Assembly: GCF_002113885.1 (NCBI RefSeq)
Contig: NW_018407887.1
Span: 1-64,000, forward strand
Source of the DNA: Mizuhopecten yessoensis
Taxonomy: Eukaryota
DNA: 64,000 bases
Direction: 5' to 3'
Shown one piece after another: positions 26,235 through 38,789 of the stretch. The position numbers were made by a program, and so were the translations under genes. The notes under the pieces were generated by a model. It saw only the letters and a list, made by a program, of their open reading frames with translations. It was not told where the DNA came from and made no database searches. Numbering within the stretch: position 1 is the stretch's first letter; each line of letters starts with the position of its first letter.

Positions 26235-29200
26235 ATGCTTCAGAAGATTATTTGTGTTTGCCTTTTGGCTGTAGCCTCAGCAAATGGTGGTAAGCTGTCG
26301 GTGTTTGATGTACAATTTATGTTGTCTCTCCTTTAGTTTTGGTGTCTTTTCATGTCTTCTGTTTTTAGTGTTAATGTGCATTTGACGTAGTCTAAATATG
26401 AATATGTATTTTTTTGCATATACAAATATTTTGTTCAATGAATCTTCATTATTTACAAGACATAATACAATTCAATGCGCGTAAATCAAACGACATATTT
26501 CATTCATTTACTTTATAAAGGTGTTTCCTTACTTTTCATTTGTAGTTATTTAATATACCACATTAATTTGTCTAAATATAAGAGTTACAATTCAGCAGAA
26601 AATGCATCGCCATTGTCCGTTGTCTTGTACTTAGTGGTATGTAGTTGTTAATTGTTCAAATCATGACAGAACCATTTTCATTTTCCACACTATTCTACGC
26701 ACCCTTCAAACTTAATATTCTTCATCGTGTAGAGGACAGGGCATCATCGGGAGATCAGCCGGGAGAAGTGGCCTTTTCTGCGGGTCTGACGAACATGTTA
26801 ACGCTGACTCATACAGAACGAGTATTGTACGACCGGATATACACAAACATCGGCAGCAGTTACCATAGTAACACCGGAACATTCGTATGTCCCACCGCCG
26901 GAATATACGTGTTCCAGTTCCATTCCGTCGCACATCAGGTAAACTAGACTGTCAACAGTTCGAATTTTGAAATCGATTGATACAATTAATAATCATTCAA
27001 ATAATGAGATTTGTGAATTAACTCACAGAATAGTTCGATCGTTATGTTGCAATTCTTATTTTGTTAATCACCGATAATAACGATACGAAGAAGGCACATT
27101 TGAACAGAAACAACATGAAAATTTAAAATTGACAATGAGGTAACAATTTTAATACAGTTTTGAATCAAATTGAAATATTTAAGAAAAATAGAAAAAGGAT
27201 CATCTGAAAGTTTGAAGTTTATAAAGTAGTTAAATGAAAGGCAAACATAATCAGAAACAAAATATATCTCTCTTTACAATATTAAATCTGTATCAGTTAT
27301 AAGTTATCATAATTAATCAAATAGTTTGCGAGCAACTAAAATAAAGTTATTACCCACAGACCGTAATTATAGTACAACATTATAATACATGGTTAAAGGG
27401 AAGTAACTAGAATTTAGAATTAATATTTGAATTTTTAGTCAAATTATTTGTACATTATTAATTATTGTAATGTTGCCAGTATTATAGTCTGTGTTTAGAT
27501 TCACATGAAGTAATATAGTAATTAAATATAGATTTAGGGTAAGTATTATAGTCTGTGTTTAGATTAACATGAAGTAATATAGTAAATAAATATAGATTTA
27601 GGGTAAGTATCATAGTCTGTGTTTAGATTCACATGAAGTAATATAGTAATTAAATATAGATTTATGGTAAGTATTATAGTCTGTGTTTAGATTCACATTA
27701 AGTAATATAGTAATTAAATATAGATTTAGGGTAAGTATTATAGCCTGTGTTTAGATTCACATGAAGTAATATAGTAAATAAATGGAGATTAAGGGTAAGT
27801 ATTATAGTTTGTGTTTAGATTAACATGAAGTAATATAGTAATTAAATACAGATTTAGGGTAAGTATTATGGTCTGTGTTTAGATTAAATGCAGCGATTAG
27901 GTTATACGATTTCTAGTTTGTTTAAATCCTTATAGACTGTGTTAAGCTTAACATTAAGTGATGGAGTAATACAATATAGATGTTGGGTAAGACTTATAGT
28001 CTGTGGTGTGGCATGTCGAATGTGGATGAAGATCAAATTGGAATTTAAATTTACAAACAAGACGATACGCTGTTAATATGCTATGCTTGAAGTTAAAGAA
28101 TATAATGGTAATATGATATTAAGTAAGGCACGACAGCTTGATTGTGAGTAATAAAGTAGATGCTTGGTATTTTGTTATGTTCAATAGTGTGTTATTTTAA
28201 GACAGGTTCGCGCATTTTACATCTTATATTCATTAATTAATTTTAAAGCAAATTCAGTTTTGTTTTGTTTTGTTTCTTGTAGAACAAGGCGGCATGGCTT
28301 CAGCTTTACAAGAATTTTGAGTACGTGGCATCCACTTACGGACACACCTCGAACGACTACGCCTCCACCGGGAACTCAGTCATCTTACATCTATCCAAAG
28401 GTATTAATCGGGCTTAATGTATCAACAGAGAAATGCATACATAAACGCTAAACTGAACTAACGTGGTTTATAGCTTGAGTTACATGTACGATGTGTAGTA
28501 AGTATGATCAAAACATATATATATCAATGAAAAGTGAGGTTTAAAACAGAGCATCACACAGTCACCACCGATGTACACAAAACAAGCAACTACATATTTG
28601 TTAATATATATCTTTAATAGTTTAAGATTTTTGCAAACACCAAAAATCAACCAAATAATGCGCAGAAATGACACACTGCAATCAAACAACCATTCTACAT
28701 ATGTACAATGTATCAACGCACAATTTACAGATCCCGATCTGTAGGTTTCCGTTCATAGACTAGATTAATCTTGCAAGCAGTGTTATGTCCTGGTAAATCG
28801 TATTCAATAACAGTCGGTGTACATACGCTCTAAAACACTCAAAACATTCTGTACCGCAAATTTACAGATGATTCGCACTTGAATGTCAAACAGATGCAAT
28901 GAAAGTCATTGATATACACTGAAAGGGATGTGACTGGGAACACATGCGTATATATTTGTTTCCTTAACGCTGTAATTGAAATACACATTTCTACAATCAA
29001 AATCCGATAGAGATTTAAAGCTGTCTTTCTGAATGTCTTGGTGGGAGGGAAGTAACTCTTTTCGACTTAACTATGTATTAATCACGTGGCGCGAGCGATA
29101 CATAAGGTATAACATGAGTATCAACTTGAAATAAAAGTAGTGTTCTTGCATAATTCTAAATATCGTTCATTGTGCCACTGAAAATATGACTTTAACATAA

Positions 29201-30939
29201 TAATCGTTCATACAGGATGGAATATTTCGATTATTAAAAGAAAAACGACGGTAACGGTTTCCGATATAAGTAATACATAAGTAATACATGTATTTAATTG
29301 CAATCCGCATATCATATCTTAAGTGTAAGAATAAAGTTATATATTGAAGTCACCAGGTTTCATTCGATTTGTCTGCAATCATGTTTATAATTATAGAAAA
29401 GGAAGAGAAAATGCAGTAAAACGCTGGAAAGCCCTTTACACTGTACAACCATAGTTTGACAATACCTTTTTAGAATTACATTGTAACTGTACTCTGTTTG
29501 CATTAACTGCAACTAATGGTTGGCAGGGACTTTTCATCGCAGTTCAAATGTTGGCGTTGAATTCAATCAATTCATTTCAGTAGTGAAAACAAAACAACAA
29601 GGCACAGTAATTGGCATAATTAAAAATGAGACCTGCATATCACAAAAAGGAACAGCATAATTTCTTTTGTTATTATGTTGACAATAATACAATTTATCCC
29701 TAACCTTCATCAATCTCCATTTTTAGAGACCCTTTGTTGTGAGTGTATCCATCATCAGTCGATATTTAACAAGGAATGCATGATATTAGGACGAAGCTCT
29801 TGAATACCGAATCATTTGGGACGTGTAAACAATGTAGGCAGAGGAAGCATAACGAAATGGGGGAGGGGGAAAGGGGGTCAAGATTTTTAAGATCAGATAA
29901 TCAAAATCGTCTCTGTTACCGCACAGTTTAGTAGCAACTTATTCCTGTGTATGGAGTTGAAAGTAAAGAAAGTAGAAGAAACCGTTATGTCGATTGACAG
30001 CTCTGGACGGTATATAGATCGATGTAGTCAATGAAATTCTTGTTACACGTATTTTGAAACAACATTTCATCGATATACCTAAATGTGAAAAAGAAGGACG
30101 TAACGTTTGTATTACTAGTCATGATATGACCTGTAAGCTCGTCAATAAATCCATGTATGAATAAGGATTGATCTTCATTTTAACGGCGTATACGGTAATA
30201 CATGTATGAACGCAGTTGGTAACGAACATATTTTATGGTACGCGTTAGCTCTCCATTAAGAACATGTTTGTTACCAGCTTCGTTCAAACTACCATATACG
30301 CCGTCGAAATGAAAGGCAATCCTTACATTTACATAAATAATGTTTAAATGTTATTGTCAGAAGACAAAAACAATCGAAGCGGGTTGCTACGATGTTACGT
30401 GTAGTCAAGAGTAGCCGTAGTTCCAGTGAATCTGCATTGATATATGAAAACAAAATATAAAATAGACAGTGAACAACACTAGTTTTCTTCTTTTCATAGC
30501 TTTTAAATTTTAAATTTATTAACCGGGCCTAGCCTAAAGAATTTTTTATTGATTTTAATGTTAACGTCTTTGCAACTCCCCGACTTGGCGATTGACTCTT
30601 ATTACTCCATGACATAAGTTTGTTTCAAGGACATAAAATCGCGACAAAAACACCCAAATAGGCAGAATCATAACTAAATAATTATGTAAGTTTTGGTTTA
30701 CGAGCCGTGATGCAAACTGCTTTCACCTAAATGGCCAAATGTGATAATCTGCGTTATGTAAGTCTAGATTAATGTTTCTAATTTCCTATTGCCTAGGTGA
30801 CGAGGTGTATATCCAAGCTGTCGACCCTGCCTACGGTTACGCCACAAATCTGTACGGGGCCAATGATGAGGTCTACTGCACATTCTCGGGCTATATGATC
30901 TCCCCAGTCTTCGAGGAAATACCTGGCAACGGAAAGTGA
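26235..30939 (+). CDS. C1qDC gene D, secreted gC1q protein (173 aa). Coding exons 26235-26289, 26733-26938, 28283-28400, 30797-30939
   Basis: MLQKIICVCLLAVASANG/EDRASSGDQPGEVAFSAGL...YDRIYTNIGSSYHSNTGTFVCPTAGIYVFQFHSVAHQ/NKAAWLQLYKN...STGNSVILHLSK/GDEVYIQ...YCTFSGYMISPVFEEIPGNGK*. GT-AG junctions with phases 1,0,1 are consistent. AATAAA at 30973-30978. Confidence 0.92.
27478..27890. repeat. 64-bp tandem repeat, ~6.4 copies, in an intron of C1qDC gene D
   Basis: attatagtctgtgtttagattcacatgaag... recurs at 27481, 27545, 27609, 27673, 27737, 27801 and 27865. Confidence 0.92.
30153..30334. mobile_element. Palindromic MITE-like element
   Basis: Arms aaggatt...acggcgtata...tggtaacgaacat and atgtttgttacca...tatacgccgt...aatcctt are reverse complements. 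Confidence 0.7.
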
Positions 30940-33900
30940 TGATGTCATAATGTTGTGCGTATCGTTACCTCAAATAAAACAAGTATTCTTATTTTATTGA
31001 AAACAAATGTGTCATGTTCTTTTTTCTCCAATGTAAGTTTTAAGACACATGGTCTCTTACAATGATATGATATCGATTTGTAATCGTTATACGTCGTTAT
31101 ATAAAATTTAAAAAAGAGATAAAAGTAAAAACAAAACTCTATAGTGTTGCCTAGTAATGCTTATTTAATCTCAGACTATCTTCGTGGACTTTTTTAGGAG
31201 ATGAAGATTTTTTTTAATGTATTTCTCTTTGAACTGGTGATTTAATCCGACAGCGTAACAGTGTTGACATTCAGCTTAATCCATACCATAATACCCAGGG
31301 TACAAGTTACCCGGTTAAGATAAATCACCGGTGAACTCGTTTCACCTCTGTCAAGTACATGTACCCCGATAAAGTTTACTCGACAAACAGAAATTGCTTT
31401 TCGCCGAAATATTTTAGATAAGAATCCCAGTATAACATAATTGCACAAAAGGTATGAATGGTGTTATTTTAGGATAAATTTAAGGGATCATCATAACATG
31501 TGAGGTCATAACCTGACCATTGGATTTCCTTTGAACCAATCAAACGTGAGGTAACACGGTCACAGACAGATGTCGAAGTTGCACACACCCGTGTGCTAGG
31601 TAGGGTGGTGTGCTGGTTTTAAGGAAAGGAGTTTTACATGTTCAAGTTGTGATGTTGTATATGTAGTTAAGATAATTTGCCCACCGACAAAGACATGGGA
31701 AAGTAGAATGAATACCCCCGTGTATATACACTAGAGGGAGCTGTGTATTAAATAAGTTAAATAAGAAGCATCAATGTTTTTCTTTTGTTCTACCTGATAT
31801 TACTGTATGTATACTTTAAGCTCCACAAATGCGGAAAGAAAACTTCTATGCTAACTTAAGCATACAGTTATCAGAAAACTATTGATTGATCCATTGTATG
31901 GAGCTGCCGATGGGTATTTGTAATAATAAACAAAGTATAGCTTCAATTTAATAGCACAGACAGTGTGCAGCAGTAAATGCACACCTATATCCATTACAGA
32001 TTACATTATTTCCCATGATGCAGCAGCTTAATCAAAAACAGCTGTATTGTATTCCGTTTTCGATAAAAATACATGTAACAAGAACTGTTCAAGATTTTGT
32101 TTGTATCCCCCTAGAGTGTGACAGATACTGTAAAACGTGGAAATGTAGTAGTATGACGTCACGCGAACAATCCGATACATCGTCACAAATTGCCAGCACT
32201 TGACGAGAGAGGTCGTGCGCATCAGGGGGAAAATATTAAACAAGAATGTAAAAGCTGCAAACTATTGTGCTTGAATAATAGGAGAAAAACAATCATACCC
32301 TACTTTAAAAGTTTAACAGAGTGTCCCCATCTCACGGGAGGAATATTTGGTTGCCTGACACCTCGGCAGATTTTCAGGTTAAACAACCAAATAAATCACT
32401 CCGGTGGTTGAAGATTTCTCAGTCACACTCCCAAGGTAGGGGAACATTCTATTAATCTTTCTTATCAGTAAGTGCTAAAAATGTCAAATTGTATGACTTC
32501 TGTTACAATGAAATAGATAAAACGTTATGCAACAAATACTAACATTACAATCTGCCCTGCTAGGCTAAACAACGACAGAGAGTTAAACAGGCCTGGCGAG
32601 CCAAACAATCTTACTCGTTTGAAGGAGGCACTTCCTAACTTGAACATCAACAAAATTATCTCTGCAGTTGTGCAATTTCTACTTCATTCCACCCAGAATG
32701 TATGCACTGTGATAAATATTTGACTAGTGCCTGTTTTAACGTTCTCGACGAACAATACATGGTATAAATCATCACCACACAGTAATGTACACATTAGTTG
32801 ACAAAGGTTATGGATAGTGACACGCATAAAGCAACGGTAAAGATCCCATATCAAAATGTCTTTTCTTTATTATAAGATCATTGACAGTCAGTCTTGGTGA
32901 CCATATTATATTTCATTAAATGCGACGTTTTTAACTGTTAAAACTGCTGTGGTCACTTTTATTTGACGGACAATTTAATCACAAACAAAACTGATAAGTG
33001 AAATTGTGGTAAGTTCTTCAAAACAGGCAGTTTGTTTGGGAATTTGGAGAATGGAGCATAGCATTTTGTAAAAAGAAATGGTTTAAATGCAAAGGAAAGG
33101 ATAACAACCAATGGAATATAAAATTACCATTCATACATTTACCTATCTACTTATTTGTGAGGGTAATAATTTAAATAAGAAGTACGAATAAGTAGATTTA
33201 TATATGATACCCCTTGTCAGAAGATGAATAAACACTACGTTAACCTTTGCCAGATACCAACAAATATCACAGATTGTTTAACCAACGTAAATCTCATTGA
33301 TTACGTTCCAATCGTACATACTTTTGATCTTTTTGTTTTCCATTAAGTACAAAAGAAATCCATAATGAATCTTCAAGGTCAAGTTCTTTATTAGCTTGAA
33401 TTTTGCGAATCATCGGTTTCACAAGTGAAATATCAATATATTTATCCACACACAGTACCTATTGGGAAATCTGACGAGTATGTAACTACCCTTAAATCTC
33501 GGTAATAAGATGCGACCTATTTCCTTTTTTTAGTAAGGAATCCCAGGCTTATTTTCGACGTCGGCCTTTTTTCGGGGTAGTCTTATTTTCGTTTTTCAGT
33601 CTGTAGACAGTAAGCCATCAATGGCTTATTTCCATGTCATTCCATTTATGTATATAAAATTAGAGTGTTACACAAATGTTTTTTGAAACTATTCTAATCA
33701 TTTTTCGAATTGTTTACAATGATAAAATATTTAAATTTTACTGCGTTTCGTAGTATAGCAGTTAATAATGGTTTGTACGTTTCATTTACTAATAGAATAA
33801 TGAATATTTATTGCGAATTATACAGGTGAAAGTGGGAATGCAAAGTGATTGAATCGGTCGGTGAAAAGTAAGGTGCACGAGATGTACGTGTGACAGGGCG

Positions 33901-34109
33901 GATGTATACGTGGTTGGTTCGAATAGGGCGGCGAGGCACTCTAGCCTGAGACGCCAAAGAATACGGTCGATTAAAAAAATTCTAAGTTTTTTAAAAGATT
34001 TCTACAACTATTGTTTAGTGAATCAGTATTGAAGTTGTTACCATAGATGATCTAGGACATCATAAGGTTTTCCAGAGATTTTGTGGCTTATTAAGTTTTA
34101 TTTCTCTGG

Positions 34110-34817
34110 TTTTTAGCTCGCCTATTCGAAGAATAGGGGGGCTAATGTAGTCACCCCGGCGTCGATCATCACACTCAATACACAGTTGTCTATTATGAGT
34201 TTAAGTCATTTATATCGAGTGTAAGCAATGTGCTGGACCATATTTTCATAGTTTATGGCCCAAAAAAAGCTTAATTGGACTTAGTAACATTTGAGGTTAA
34301 AGTTTTTGGGCAAGTTTTTTTGTGAAGTGTTGGACAGCCACCATCAATACGCTGTTGTCTATTATAAGGTTGAAGCGTTTATATGGAGTGTTAGCAATGT
34401 TCTGGGCAATATTTTCATATTTTATGGCCCAAAAAACAGCTCAGTTGGACTTAGTTTAATTTGAGGTTCAAGTTTTTGTGCAAGTTGATGGGTAGTGTTG
34501 GACCACCACCATCAATAGGATGTTGTCTATGATAATGTTGAAGTATTTGTATTGAGTGTAAGCAATGTGTTGAACCATATTTTCATATTTTATGGTCCAA
34601 AAACTTGGACCATAAAATATTGGTCTTTGTTAATTTCTTAACAATCACTTCACATAGATGTTTCTACAGTCCTTGAAATATCCTGGTGTTAAGTGAGGTG
34701 GCAAATAAAATTACAGGCACTATATCAACATTATACTATACATGTGTTTCTATTGATAGTTGCAGTATTATAATAACATACATAGGCGAGCTATGCTGTT
34801 CTCCGACAGCTCTTGTT
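34110..34817 (+). mobile_element. Helentron-associated non-autonomous element (HINE/DINE-1-like) with ~3 internal ~169-bp repeats
   Basis: 5' ttttAGCTCGCCTAT and 3' ATAGGCGAGCT sub-terminal inverted repeats, 3' hairpin gctgt-tctccg-acagc followed by cttgtt, and internal repeats (..ccatattttcata..ttatggcccaaaa..) at ~34235, ~34405, ~34572. Confidence 0.8.
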
Positions 34818-37800
34818 AACCGTGGATGTCGTGGAGGTGGTTACCTGTAATGTAATACATGTATGATTGTCCAGATGACATGGAGGAGTCAAAATTTGAA
34901 ATGATTTGTACATAGTTTAATAGATATCATGCATATTGAATAAACGGCCGCTCTAGACTACCGGCATATATGTGTTATTTACATTGATTTGGAGGGGTAT
35001 TATCATGGGTAAATAGGACAGACGTAATGTGATATTTACACTGTACCTGTAAAACCTGTTTAGGCCAACGATACAAATGCGACTCATACACAACATGTCT
35101 TTTCGAAGCCGGTTTATTTTTTAGATATGTTTTTAAGGTTGCCTTATTTTCAAATCATATTATCTAAATTTTGGGAAATTATTTTACCTTGTTACTTTTT
35201 TGTCACGTGGTATGACCAACAACTGTTGTTTCATTATCAAAAATGAAGTAAGTGGTGAAAAGTGATTTAAGGAGTCGCCATATCTGTAAAATGCTCCGTC
35301 TTCATTTGAGTTAAGCTGTAGCGAGTTCGGCAATCCCCAAACAAACAAACAAACGTAAAAGATATGCACTACAACACATAAGCTCACTCGTCTTATTTGT
35401 GTTTTAACTTTTTGTAGATCCCTCAAACAACTTTATGATGCCATGGAAGGTGTCAACCGGCAACGACCGCAACATGTCTGTCTTACTCTGTGAACTGTAC
35501 ATAAAACAAACCAGTCCCTGGTACTGATGTCAAAGAGATTGCTAGCCTGTTACACGTCCAGATGAAGGGAACAATCCTGACCCCTTACCATTTGTAACAA
35601 TGTCGAGGGAGGGGTGGATGAGTAAACATATTACACAGAATCAAAATATGAACCTCGTTGTGTTTGATTTTGATATTCGAAGAATGATATGAAAGTTTAC
35701 TTTGATCAGTTATTGATTTGTTTATCGCAAATAAGTCAATGTGGGGAAGGTTGGGGTTTTTTTTTTGGGGGGGGGGGTTGTTGTTTTGCTTTTTTGTGAA
35801 AATTTACTTTTTTATGTTGAAATGAAAATTGCATGAAGGAAAATAAAAATACTCTTTGATATGGAAATGGTCCTTCAAACCTGGTGACGCTGCATTTTCG
35901 TCGATGCCCCCAGCTACGGGAATGTCGAGGATACTAAAAGTTTATTTTTTCTCTTCTCAGTTACGCCGACATTGAAGATATCAAAGTTGATGTTGTGTCC
36001 CTCTTACAAAAGCATGGCTCGGATATCCAGTCTTCTCCTTTCGGTGTGTCTCTATTGATAACAGGTTTGACAGGATGTCGGTTTGTTAAATAGCACGGTC
36101 GTGAATGTCCCTATCTGTTCCTTGTAAGAAAACAGTATATAGGTTGTTTGTAGTAACGTAAATGTTTTCAAAAGTATGCCAGCGGTGTCAAAGTTCCAAA
36201 GATAACATACTGTTTTTTAACTTCGAGATTGTTTGTTCTAATGTCTCATTAAATATCGTACATCAAAAATATAAATATTGATCATATATTTATTTAATAT
36301 ATTTTTGTGTGTATTATATTCAGCAACAGTTACTAAATCTGTACCGCAATCATATTGCGCTATCCTTCATTGCTACCCTTTCGTGGAAAGGCTAGAATCC
36401 TGTTCGTACTTTTTCGGATAACCTCCATTGAAACTCCTTAGTTTTATGGCTGGACACTTTGTCATGTTCCTTCAGATAACCTTAATGTTACCCCTTTATT
36501 ACATGGCTAGACTTTTCGGTTTACTCCTTAGGAATCTTCAGACTAGATTTTAAGTATAACTAAACTCTTAATCCTGATCTATTTTCTCGCCACTTCAGCA
36601 TGAAATAAAGTAAACGTGTGATAAAATGAAAACTATCTTTATTTCCCCTGTAATGTCTCGTGACAGTGACCAGTGTCATCCCTCAAAAAGATATGGAAAT
36701 GTTATTTGTTATAGACGTTACATCATTGACATATATAACAACGTTTGAACAATGATATAAATCCGAAGTTTAATACAAGAGAAGGGTTAAACAATTCCCC
36801 AATGTGTATAAGTTAGTATCAGGTGTCCAATAGTTTACCGAACGAGTTATAGACCATTCCCTGATACTGACTATTTTATTCATCTTATGAATTCAGACAT
36901 TGGATCTATGGTGCATTTTGGGACATGTATCCTTATAGTATGAAACTCAATCTGTATTATGCCTTGTTCATCGGAGAGATTGGTAATTTTCGATGGAAAA
37001 GGGAGAAACGTTTACAGTCTTGCATCAAGACGTCGGAATTGTAGCAAGGAACCCCACACCAGTGTTTCGGCTTTTTGTTGTGGCTGACGTCAGACTATCG
37101 GTGCTAATCGGAAGTACAATGCCTTGTATCGCGTGACATGCGTACAAAACCCGGTAGAAAATGTCATACATCAACTGTGCCTATATTATTAGTTTCGACA
37201 TCGGATATAATACAATTATGGTTTTTTTGTGATGGTGGATATTTTACATGCATTATATAAATATAAAAAGCTATAATTAACATATACAACTGAGCAGTTC
37301 TCAAAAGAATAGGCCGGTTTCAGTTATTAATATGATTTATACGAATATGGAAATTTGAATAAAGCTTAAAAGGTAAATAATTAGATGTTTGATCATCTCT
37401 TGCATCTCATGACTATCGGATGTAGAGTAAATACAACTATGTCAATATGCACAACCAGAGGATTAAAAATAACACAGTTTGAGCGGATATTTAAATACTT
37501 TGTGATTATGCAAAAAAAAAAATCACAATTTTGATTTCATTTTATATGGGATTTATGAAACACTTTGGCAGAGCCTCGCTTAAATAAAATAAATAACTCA
37601 TGTCATATAAAACATAATCTTAGCTATTCTATACACGAAATGCATTATCCAACTGGACACCATACATGTACAAACTACGATAGTATCAGAAATAGTATTC
37701 GTCTAAGCCAAAACAATGTAATTCCCAACAAAAAATAGAATAATCGTTTTAGTTGACATTCGAACGTCTCCAATATAATATCCATTTGAAAATTGGACAT

Positions 37801-38789
37801 TCACATCAAGACGATTAAAATCAGTATTGGAAATTTTATCAAGAAGGTATTTAAGAAATTTGTGCCCCATTGAATTTGGTATTGGAAAGTTATAAGTGTC
37901 CACCGTTCAGCGATTAAATTCAATAAATCATTCACGAATAAGAAATGTACAAGGTGATATTAGTACGCTATTTAAGTTTTAATTTGGAATCTGTTGCGAT
38001 TAAAATCAAAAGAGAACCGTCCTCTCCCATTACTTAACGAAACTGAAACTTGTAATCCTCTTTGATAATTTATCAAGCTGTCAATAGAACTGAATAGCCA
38101 CTCTATTTGTGAACAGATTGTAGCCGGGCTGACCATTTCAATTACTGGTCAAATAGGAAATTGACATTTTGATAAGATATAGATAAATATGGTCAATATC
38201 CCCTATCAATCGTTTGTCAATCATTAGAACAAACATGAATATGGCACCGATCAAACAGACAAATAGTCTTATCCTTTCAATATTTCACCTGGTCTTCCCA
38301 TCTATTCAGATAGTCTTGTTGACCCACAGATAAAAAGATGGAGTAAAACATACACACACACGCATGCGCCAAAATTGTTGTTTACATTTCTAAGAGGGAA
38401 GCCAAGTTCGGCCCGTGAAACGCAAGGAGGCGTTTGAAAATATTGCTCAAGGGGAAAATGGGAGAAAAAAAGGTATGTCATAAGCAGCATTTTTACATTA
38501 TGTCATGAACTTTAAAATAGAATAGTGTATTCCTACTTTTCCGTTGACCTTCATTTGCAAACATACAAACAATGTTATCTAAAAATCGATAACCCTTCTG
38601 CTTCCATATTTAGTTTGTTTCAAAATAAAAATACTTGGAGTGCGTTATGTTTCTAATTATCAAAACATCAATCTACTTTGTAATATTGTTAGATTGGTTC
38701 ACGATTGCATTTTTTTAAAGAAACCGAGGGTATTGTTTGTCATATTCCAGACGTAAATAGTTGAGGTACATATAGAAAGAGCTTCTTAT

